Below, in pieces: positions 1 to 5,669 of a DNA stretch of 18,184 bases. Below the pieces are notes generated by a model. It did no database searches. It was not told where the DNA came from and was given only the letters and a program-made list of their open reading frames with translations. Where the stretch lies: the IMG/VR virus record IMGVR_UViG_3300045988_007734, positions 1 through 18,184 of that record; one strand, 5' to 3'. Each line of letters opens with the position of its first letter. Position 1 is the stretch's first letter. This DNA is from a virus. A program made the translations under genes and the position numbers.

Positions 1-55
1 TGTTGTTTTTTGGTGGTGTGGTATGATGTGAGTATCAGCCGATAGGGAAAGGAAA
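1..55. repeat. Left inverted terminal repeat (55 bp perfect)
   Basis: Bases 1-55 (TGTTGTTTTTTGGTGGTGTGGTATGATGTGAGTATCAGCCGATAGGGAAAGGAAA) are the exact reverse complement of 18130-18184. Similarity continues, with an A/T-run indel, up to the ATG at 62 (left) and 18124 (right, minus strand). Confidence 0.95.
19..27 (+). promoter_or_regulatory. Extended -10 promoter element (TGGTATGAT) inside ITR-L
   Basis: TGnTATGAT at 19-27. The SD-like GGGAAAGGAAA at 44-54 and the ATG at 62 follow. I see no convincing -35. Confidence 0.5.
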
Positions 56-61
56 TAAAAA

Positions 62-292
62 ATGAACACCGTTGTTTCGGTTGATTGGTGGCACAAGTCC
101 ATCACAGTAGCATTCACTGACTATAATACCGCGCACTATTTTTCGATAGGCAACGCCGTCACCGTCAAGGGCTCGAAGAGGCGTATGCGGCGTGAACTTC
201 GCAGGGAGACGGGCGTGGAATTGTCTAATCTGAAGTATTGGCGGACGGATGGTTCCGTTGATTATTATTGCGCAAATAGGAAAGGAGAATGA
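62..292 (+). CDS. Early hypothetical protein (76 aa, basic central stretch KGSKRRMRRELRRE)
   Basis: ATG preceded by GGGAAAGGAAA. First gene after ITR-L. Its stop overlaps the next start (ATGA). Confidence 0.7.
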   Translation: MNTVVSVDWWHKSITVAFTDYNTAHYFSIGNAVTVKGSKRRMRRELRRETGVELSNLKYWRTDGSVDYYCANRKGE

Positions 293-522
293 TTGTGAGA
301 GGGTGTTCGTATATCATTGTTGATTGGGATGGCCGCGACTATCTCCAAGTGGAGTCGCCGACTCGTAGTTATCGTGTAGTCCATGCCAAAGACTCTTATG
401 AAGCTTTGCGTAGAGTTCTTCAGATTGAAGGAGTCATATTTTACGCTCATGTTAACCTGCTCTCTTCCGAGTATAACGTTCCAAGCGGATATGTGGCTTA
501 TTATTACAAGGTGGTGTATTGA
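289..522 (+). CDS. Early hypothetical protein (77 aa)
   Basis: ATG at 289 preceded by AGGAAAGGAGA. ATGA overlap with the upstream gene suggests translational coupling. Confidence 0.7.
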   Translation: MIVRGCSYIIVDWDGRDYLQVESPTRSYRVVHAKDSYEALRRVLQIEGVIFYAHVNLLSSEYNVPSGYVAYYYKVVY

Positions 523-523
523 T

Positions 524-592
524 ATGTTCGCTTCGGTGTTTGTTATTTGCGCGTGCGTTCTTGGTGTCGCCGTCGTTTTCGGCATGGTTTGA
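524..592 (+). CDS. Candidate 22-aa hydrophobic micro-protein (MFASVFVICACVLGVAVVFGMV)
   Basis: ATG at 524 lies 9 nt downstream of AAGGTGG (508-514), directly after the stop of the previous gene. The peptide is entirely hydrophobic. It is the 3' part of track ORF 383..592; the rest of that ORF overlaps gene 289-522. Confidence 0.35.
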   Translation: MFASVFVICACVLGVAVVFGMV

Positions 593-624
593 GCGTCTTT
601 AGTCCGATAGGTGGTGATGTTGTA

Positions 625-792
625 ATGGTTGGCGTAATTGTTGCCGTTTGCATTCTTTCCATGCTGTTCCTTGTGATGGCTGCTACAGTTTTTTGCGAAT
701 TGCCGCGCAATGCGCGTGACGTTTTTTGTTTTTTGGTCATGCTCGTTGCGGTCGTGGCTGTTGTATTGGTTTCTGTAGTGAAGGAGTTTTGA
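625..792 (+). CDS. Small early membrane protein (55 aa, two predicted TM helices)
   Basis: The track ORF 547..792 starts at a TTG with no SD. The in-frame ATG at 625 lies 8 nt after AGGTGGTG (609-616). The product MVGVIVAVCILSMLFLVMAATVF...FCFLVMLVAVVAVVLVSVV has two hydrophobic segments. Confidence 0.6.
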   Translation: MVGVIVAVCILSMLFLVMAATVFCELPRNARDVFCFLVMLVAVVAVVLVSVVKEF

Positions 793-793
793 G

Positions 794-1042
794 ATGGCTT
801 ATCGTGATATGAATATTGCCGTGTTTGCGTCTCCGTTTGTTGGCGGTGGCGTAAGGTTGTGGTATTGCCCCCGTAGTCAACGTTACGAGTTGAGGTATAC
901 CGTTCAGTTCCGTACGCCGTGTGGTGGTGTGTGTGGCGCGTCGGCATTGTGTGCGTATGACGCTGGAGACGGTTCTCAGGTGGTCGATTTAATACTTGAT
1001 GCTGTTGATATCGCTAATACGCCTCTTTTAGATAGGGATTAG
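794..1042 (+). CDS. Early hypothetical protein (82 aa)
   Basis: Strong SD GAAGGAG lies 6-7 nt upstream of the ATG at 794. The gene is tightly packed with its neighbours. Confidence 0.7.
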   Translation: MAYRDMNIAVFASPFVGGGVRLWYCPRSQRYELRYTVQFRTPCGGVCGASALCAYDAGDGSQVVDLILDAVDIANTPLLDRD

Positions 1043-1044
1043 TC

Positions 1045-1248
1045 ATGTATTTTCGTGGTTGGATTCATTCGTGGACGTGTGGCAACTGTCCTGACGCTGA
1101 TGCATACTGGCGTTTGCGCGCTTTTTGGGCTGGTGCACGGCATAGGCGTAGCGCTTATAATCCGCCGAAACGGTGCTCTGATAATGCTGTGTGGTTAAAC
1201 ATGTGGTTGTATGGTGCTGGGTTTAGCGAGGATACATTGGAGTTTTAA
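1045..1248 (+). CDS. Early hypothetical protein (67 aa, Trp/Cys-rich, CGNC motif)
   Basis: ATG lies 2 nt after the upstream stop, with a weak SD (AGGGA). Confidence 0.55.
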   Translation: MYFRGWIHSWTCGNCPDADAYWRLRAFWAGARHRRSAYNPPKRCSDNAVWLNMWLYGAGFSEDTLEF

Positions 1249-1250
1249 TT

Positions 1251-1781
1251 ATGAAATTGAAGAATTTGAATTTTGATAAAAGCGATAAACGTACGAACTG
1301 GTTTGATGATGGTGTGCTGGATGATGACCGTGTGCGCCGTGTCATTCGTGGCCGTCGGCGTAGGCTGCACTTGCGCGAATATAATCGAGGTGAGGGCGAT
1401 TGGGAAACATTATGCCGTAGTATAACACTGCTCAAGAACTTTTACAAGCCTCAAGGGTCGCAAGTGGCGTTCGCCGACGGGGTGGAACATGCGGCAAACG
1501 TTTGCTTATCACTGTCCCCTTGCACATCCCGCATCGGGGCGTTGGCGCGAACTCAGGACATTGAAATGTTGGGCGGCGTTATTTATGCTCCGGCTATGGT
1601 GGCGTGGTGCGCCGTCTGTCATGTCAAGGGCGCGACATGCTACGAAATGTGCAAGGTTTGGGATGGCAACGAATTTGCTCAGACTGTCGTCAAAATCGCG
1701 TGTCGATGTTTTGACAATCTGACAGACGTGCGGTATACTGATGAAGACATTGCAAGAATGTCGCAACAGCAGCAACAATAA
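1251..1781 (+). CDS. Early hypothetical protein (176 aa) with Arg-rich N-terminal region, Cys cluster and C-terminal QQQQQ
   Basis: GGAG SD upstream of the ATG at 1251. Features are RGRRRRLHLRE, CxxCx6CxxxC (aa 120-134) and CxC (aa 151-153). This may be a zinc-binding regulator; the function is unknown. Confidence 0.75.
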   Translation: MKLKNLNFDKSDKRTNWFDDGVLDDDRVRRVIRGRRRRLHLREYNRGEGDWETLCRSITLLKNFYKPQGSQVAFADGVEHAANVCLSLSPCTSRIGALARTQDIEMLGGVIYAPAMVAWCAVCHVKGATCYEMCKVWDGNEFAQTVVKIACRCFDNLTDVRYTDEDIARMSQQQQQ

Positions 1782-1798
1782 GATAAGGTGGCATGATT

Positions 1799-2113
1799 AT
1801 GTCATACATTAAGAGAGCCAAGCATTACAGTATCGTGCGCGGCATCATGCGCGGTGAGAACGGTGAACTCGTTGATACCGAGGTAGTCGTGAATGGCGCG
1901 TGTCGTACGGCTGACATGGCTATGAAAAGAGCCCGCAAAATCAACAAGGACATGCTACCCACGTCCGCCGAATATCATGCGCAGGCAACGCGCATGGATG
2001 AAGCGATTTATTGGGCTAATTGTGAATTTGGAGATGATACCACCGTTGACTATCCGGGGCCAGTTAACGGCAACGTGGTTGAAGATGATATCATCACCGA
2101 GGAAAATAATTAA
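1799..2113 (+). CDS. Early hypothetical protein (about 104 aa, acidic C-terminus)
   Basis: The track ORF starts at 1793. The ATG at 1799 has better spacing (7 nt) from AAGGTGG (1785-1791). The start is uncertain by 2 codons. Confidence 0.7.
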   Translation: MSYIKRAKHYSIVRGIMRGENGELVDTEVVVNGACRTADMAMKRARKINKDMLPTSAEYHAQATRMDEAIYWANCEFGDDTTVDYPGPVNGNVVEDDIITEENN

Positions 2114-2140
2114 CAACCCCTATAAGGAAAGGCAACACTA

Positions 2141-2578
2141 ATGGCTGACAACGAACTGACCGTAACAAACGGCAACAACTTTTCCGCAAACGGCACCAAC
2201 GCCGTATCCCACTTCTTCGATACTTCCACGATGGACGGGAAAATGGCGCTGTACACCGCCATGCAGACCGCCGATAAGATAGATGAACACCTTAATGAAC
2301 CGTTGCATGTTACCAACGTGCTGGCGCAGGCCATCGAGGTCGCCAATCAGGAGACTGGCGAAATCAATTCGTCTACCCGCGTAGTCGTTCACGCGGAGGA
2401 AGGCGATTTCGCCGCCGCCTCCCCCACGCTGGCGCACGCATTCGGCAATCTGTTCGCCATTTTCGGCACGCCGGACACGTGGAGCCAGCCACTTGCTCTC
2501 AAGGTGGTGGAAAAGAAGAGTCGTCGTGGCTACAAGTTCTTCGACCTTGAACTAGTGTCGGAAGGCAAGCGTAAGTAA
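2141..2578 (+). CDS. Early protein (145 aa); possible ssDNA/DNA-binding replication accessory protein (position-based guess only)
   Basis: AAGGAAAGG SD. It is the last gene before the TP/DNAP pair, the slot occupied by the SSB/DBP genes in phi29. I recognise no diagnostic motif. Confidence 0.75.
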   Translation: MADNELTVTNGNNFSANGTNAVSHFFDTSTMDGKMALYTAMQTADKIDEHLNEPLHVTNVLAQAIEVANQETGEINSSTRVVVHAEEGDFAAASPTLAHAFGNLFAIFGTPDTWSQPLALKVVEKKSRRGYKFFDLELVSEGKRK

Positions 2579-2606
2579 CACGATTGTCCGCACCGTATGA
2601 TATCGT

Positions 2607-2632
2607 GGCAACGTCCCTATAGGGATGTTGCC
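2607..2632 (+). promoter_or_regulatory. Stem-loop (11-bp stem, TATA loop) in the 2579-2698 intergenic region
   Basis: GGCAACGTCCC-TATA-GGGATGTTGCC, with one G-U pair. Confidence 0.6.
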
Positions 2633-2640
2633 GCCAGACT

Positions 2641-2680
2641 CACCCCCCGCCGTTTCCATCCTTGCGGCGAGGGGTGTTTC
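2641..2680 (+). terminator. Candidate intrinsic terminator/attenuator upstream of the terminal-protein gene
   Basis: CACCCCcCGCCG-12 nt loop-CGGCGaGGGGTG gives 6+5 bp with one mismatch, followed by TTTC. The T-tract is short. Confidence 0.45.
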
Positions 2681-2698
2681 ATACTCACAGGAGGAACC

Positions 2699-3643
2699 GT
2701 GGCAAAACGCAAAAACCGTCGACGCGCTGACAATCTGAAACGCAACGCCGCAATCAGATCGGCACAGGTACGCCGGGAACGAGCAGTCAGAGATTACAGC
2801 GCCGGACGTCTACCCAAGCAAATTACTGAAACGTTCTTGGGGAATCTCAGTGCCCAACAGCTTGAGCAGGTGGCACGACGCATTGGGCGGGAATTTGGAG
2901 AACAACAGCAAGCCTTAAGGGCGCAGGATAACGAGCCGTATCAGGTCGTTCCAGACGTTCATGTTACGAAACTTGACCGTGAGATGGCGTCGCGTCCGCT
3001 GATAACCGATGCGGAAATCGCCGCAGCCCCGTCGAAACGTCGGAAAACGTTACGGCAGCAGCAGCGCCGCCGAGTTGAGGCACGGCAGAAAATCAAGCGT
3101 GCTCAACAATTCGAAGCCTTGAGTATGGCCCGTTATACCGTAGGTGAGATGCGTGAGATGGAACGCGCAGGGGAGTCTCCGTTTGATGTGCTGGGCACTC
3201 ATACGGTCGGCGGTTCGGCACGTGACGAACTCATGCGAAGCCGTGCGAACGTGTTCGGCACAGAGCGTGGAATAAGCCATGCACGCGCGATGATTCGAGG
3301 GGGGAGCCGTAGGAGGCTTGAACGGGAGATGATTGAATACGCCGGACTTATTGGACGTGCGCCGCTAAGCGCGGGAACTAGGCGTATTCCCGAGGACGAG
3401 GGTGTTTCGGATTTCGATAAGGTCGCGCAACAGCTCGAAGCGTTCGATTCCAGCGTAGCTCAAAGACTCGCTTCTTTGTCTAACCGTCAAAAACGATGGC
3501 TGATAAACAACACGAATTTCAGCGTTGTCGTGCGCGAGGCTACATGGTATAATGACAAGGCGCACAAATGGGAGACCAAAGCGGACGCGGGAGATGTAGA
3601 GACACGACTTGATGAATGGATGGCCAGCGCAATAAGACACTAA
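2699..3643 (+). CDS. Terminal protein (TP) candidate, 314 aa
   Basis: It lies immediately upstream of the protein-primed DNAP, like gene 3 before gene 2 in phi29. The N-terminus is strongly basic (VAKRKNRRRADNLKRNAAIRSAQVRRERAVR) and Arg-rich helical segments follow. A GTG start at 2699 lies 4 nt after AGGAGGAA. The upstream in-frame extension to 2597 runs through two stem-loops and has no SD. The function rests on synteny, size and charge only. Confidence 0.55.
   Translation: MAKRKNRRRADNLKRNAAIRSAQVRRERAVRDYSAGRLPKQITETFLGNLSAQQLEQVARRIGREFGEQQQALRAQDNEPYQVVPDVHVTKLDREMASRPLITDAEIAAAPSKRRKTLRQQQRRRVEARQKIKRAQQFEALSMARYTVGEMREMERAGESPFDVLGTHTVGGSARDELMRSRANVFGTERGISHARAMIRGGSRRRLEREMIEYAGLIGRAPLSAGTRRIPEDEGVSDFDKVAQQLEAFDSSVAQRLASLSNRQKRWLINNTNFSVVVREATWYNDKAHKWETKADAGDVETRLDEWMASAIRH
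3545..3553 (+). promoter_or_regulatory. Possible internal extended -10 (TGGTATAAT) about 105 nt upstream of the DNAP start
   Basis: TGGTATAATGAC matches TGCTATAATGAC at 5112-5123 in 11 of 12 positions. It lies inside the TP coding sequence and may be fortuitous. Confidence 0.3.
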
Positions 3644-3658
3644 AAAAAGGATGGAATC

Positions 3659-5119
3659 ATGCGAGAGCGTCGAACGGCGGCAACAGACGGCGCAACACTA
3701 TTGACGGATGACGGTATAACGCCATTGACGGCGAATGCCGTTATCCGCCTGACCATGCTAGACCATCATACGCGCGTATGGTGCGCTCACGGATGGCAGG
3801 ATATCAAGCCCATAGCCGCTGAACTATTAAAACGACTGCCATTGCAATCGAATCCGGCAAAGGATGGCGTTTGGGGTACGTTCAACATTCGCGGTCATTT
3901 CTATAGTTTCCGCGTGCGCATGGGCGGCATCACCGTGGATTTTCTGGACGTGCGCAACATCACACGCGATGACGGATTGAATGTTTCGCGTGAAGCATTT
4001 GGTGGCGCGGACGACTTGGAAACCACGTGGAATATCGCGCGGGAATGTGAGGCCCTGAATCTCAAGGGTACAACCATAGCGTCTATGGCAATGGGCGATT
4101 ACATCGGCGGAGATTACGCCGGATTTAAACGCAATTTTCCGCCATTGGATAAAGCGGAATATCACCGGATGCGCCGCGCGTACTATGGGGCGATAGTGTA
4201 CAGCAGGCCGGGCGAATATCGGGATTGCAGGAGCTGGGATGTGAACAGCCTCTATCCGAGCATCATGCGAGACCTTGCCATGCCGGTAGGCGCTCCTGTA
4301 TGGTATGGGGGAGAATATCATTATGACGCCGATTATCCCCTGCATATCGATGTTATCGCGTTCGACGCGCGACTGAAACCGGGAAAAACGGCGACGCTCA
4401 CAAATATCCTACCAGTATGGGGATATGAGGGCGAACGTCTGGACAGTACGCTAGGGGTCGTCACCATGCCCGTGACCGACGTGGATTGGCAGACCTTGAC
4501 GGAAAACTATGATGTCCATGTGTGGGATTATATCGGCGGTTGGAAATTCCGTAAATCGCATGGACTTTATTACAGCTACGTTGACAAATGGTTCCACGTG
4601 AAACAGACCGCAACCGGAGAGCGTCGGCAAATGGCGAAACTATTACTAAACTCGCTGGTAGGGAAATTCGGGGCATCGCTTTATCGGCCTATGCTGCATC
4701 CGAAGCCTTCCGGCGACGGCGGCGTGGATTTTACAGTGGACAAACCTGAGTCAACCAACTCACTCGCATGGCTACCGACCGCCGCCTATGTCAACGCCTA
4801 CGGTCGGCAAATACTGTCCCGCGCAATGAATGCGAACGCCGACCGCGTGCTCTACGCCGACACGGACGGCATGATATTGGACGGACTGGATGCGCCCGCA
4901 GGTATCGAAACGGACGATAAGAAACTAGGCGCGTGGAAAAACGACCACACCTATGGAAAACTTCGTATCCTCGGCAATCGCAAATACTGCGGTGTGGAAA
5001 CGGACGGCGATACCGTCATGAGGTTGAGTGGCGTGCATCGAGCAGCCCCCATACCCTACGACGACTTCCTGCCGAGGTCACGCCATGTCAACGATGACGG
5101 ATGTTTTTTTGTGCTATAA
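3659..5119 (+). CDS. Family-B, protein-primed (phi29-type) DNA polymerase, 486 aa
   Basis: Motif A DVNSLYPS (aa 194-201), motif B KLLLNSLVGKFG (327-338), motif C LYADTDG (398-404) and KxY (RKY, 441-443). Inter-motif spacings are within 1-2 residues of phi29 DNAP, so TPR1/TPR2-sized insertions are retained. The pre-motif-A stretch FKRNFPPLDKAEYHRMRRAYYGAIV parallels phi29 FKKVFPTLSLGLDKEVRYAYRGGF. SD AAGGATGG. Confidence 0.92.
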   Translation: MRERRTAATDGATLLTDDGITPLTANAVIRLTMLDHHTRVWCAHGWQDIKPIAAELLKRLPLQSNPAKDGVWGTFNIRGHFYSFRVRMGGITVDFLDVRNITRDDGLNVSREAFGGADDLETTWNIARECEALNLKGTTIASMAMGDYIGGDYAGFKRNFPPLDKAEYHRMRRAYYGAIVYSRPGEYRDCRSWDVNSLYPSIMRDLAMPVGAPVWYGGEYHYDADYPLHIDVIAFDARLKPGKTATLTNILPVWGYEGERLDSTLGVVTMPVTDVDWQTLTENYDVHVWDYIGGWKFRKSHGLYYSYVDKWFHVKQTATGERRQMAKLLLNSLVGKFGASLYRPMLHPKPSGDGGVDFTVDKPESTNSLAWLPTAAYVNAYGRQILSRAMNANADRVLYADTDGMILDGLDAPAGIETDDKKLGAWKNDHTYGKLRILGNRKYCGVETDGDTVMRLSGVHRAAPIPYDDFLPRSRHVNDDGCFFVL

Positions 5120-5120
5120 T
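5112..5120 (+). promoter_or_regulatory. Perfect extended -10 promoter (TGCTATAAT) overlapping the DNAP stop codon
   Basis: TG-C-TATAAT at 5112-5120, preceded by a T7 run. The predicted transcription start is near 5127. Confidence 0.55.
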
Positions 5121-5126
5121 GACCGG

Positions 5127-5290
5127 TAGCGGGGTGTGCGTCCCAAGCTGATTCAATGGCCCGACCGGTGGGCAATCGGTAAGGCGATTCGGTCGGATGT
5201 AGACGTGCGTAGCCAACGCCCATTGACGGCGAGGGAACCCGCACAGCCTAGCAATCCGGCACGGCAGCGTGATTGCCGCCGTGCCATTTT
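5127..5290 (+). ncRNA. Candidate structured non-coding RNA or leader (about 164 nt) with a three-way-junction-like fold
   Basis: There is no plausible ORF in 5120-5305. The region is bounded by the extended -10 at 5112-5120 and a terminator at 5258-5290. A long closing helix and two internal hairpins can be drawn by hand (see findings). Confidence 0.5.
5258..5290 (+). terminator. Intrinsic terminator at the early/late boundary
   Basis: GGCACGGCaGC-GTGATT-GCcGCCGTGCC gives 10 bp plus one A/C mismatch, followed by ATTTTACTT. It ends 16 nt before the scaffold gene ATG. Confidence 0.6.
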
Positions 5291-5305
5291 ACTTAAGAGG
5301 TGATT

Positions 5306-5647
5306 ATGGACGACACCGAAAATGATGACAAGCCGGACACCACGCCCGACACCGAGCCGGACGCGAACGCCGACGACAATACGCCGAACCCGGAGCCTGA
5401 AACGCAGGACGACGCCGAGCCTGAAGACGCGGGCGACGACAAAACCGCCGACATGGCCGGCCGGTTGAGCGCATTGGAGGCGACCGTGGCGGAACTGTCC
5501 AAAACCGTCGAGGCGATGCGCGACGCGGCAGCAGACCACGTGCTGCACGACGGCCCCGATGATGACGCGACGCCGGAATCGGCTGAAATGACCGACGACG
5601 ACTACAACGGCACCTACAGCACGTTCGACGACTTGTACGAAGACTGA
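5306..5647 (+). CDS. Scaffolding protein candidate (113 aa, highly acidic with a central helical LSALEATVAELSKTVEAMRDAAA segment)
   Basis: It lies immediately upstream of the major capsid gene, as phi29 gp7 does. The protein is small and acidic with a coiled-coil-like core. ATG at 5306 follows AAGAGGTGA; the track start at 5300 is a GTG. Confidence 0.6.
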   Translation: MDDTENDDKPDTTPDTEPDANADDNTPNPEPETQDDAEPEDAGDDKTADMAGRLSALEATVAELSKTVEAMRDAAADHVLHDGPDDDATPESAEMTDDDYNGTYSTFDDLYED

Positions 5648-5669
5648 CAATTAGGAAGGAACAACTATC

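Noticed and set aside
122-127. Additional TATAAT hexamers inside coding regions (122-127, ~1164-1169, 1381-1386, ~15974-15979)
   Set aside because: They lack the TGn extension and the GTG…ATGG context shared by the recurrent motif, and they have no obvious downstream start or structure. They are expected by chance in 18 kb.
383-523. 5' part of track ORF 383..592 overlapping gene 289..522 in another frame
   Set aside because: It overlaps a better-supported, SD-preceded gene. Only the last 22 codons (from ATG 524, with its own SD) are plausibly translated.
2597-2698. ATG-initiated N-terminal extension of the terminal-protein ORF
   Set aside because: It has no SD and would be translated through two stable stem-loops. 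A canonical AGGAGG plus GTG at 2699 gives a product starting with the basic domain expected of a TP.
5104-5119. T7 run (ATGTTTTTTTGTG) near the DNAP 3' end as a possible -1 frameshift slippery site
   Set aside because: It is only 4 codons from the stop, and the -1 frame terminates after a few codons (…CYNDR*), so no meaningful alternative product results. It is more plausibly an A/T-rich upstream element of the adjacent promoter.
5120-5300. Possible tRNA in the non-coding island
   Set aside because: No cloverleaf can be drawn with a 7-bp acceptor stem. There is no GTTCGAATC-like T-loop and no D-loop consensus. The helices found span about 120 nt, far larger than a tRNA.
5153-5650. 165-aa minus-strand ORF, plus overlapping minus ORFs 5293..5502 and 5304..5705, across the non-coding island and scaffold gene
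   Set aside because: These are Arg/Val/Gly-rich shadow frames of a GC-rich, Asp/Glu-codon-rich plus-strand gene. They have no SD and no recognisable motifs, and they conflict with the well-supported scaffold gene and the promoter/terminator signals.
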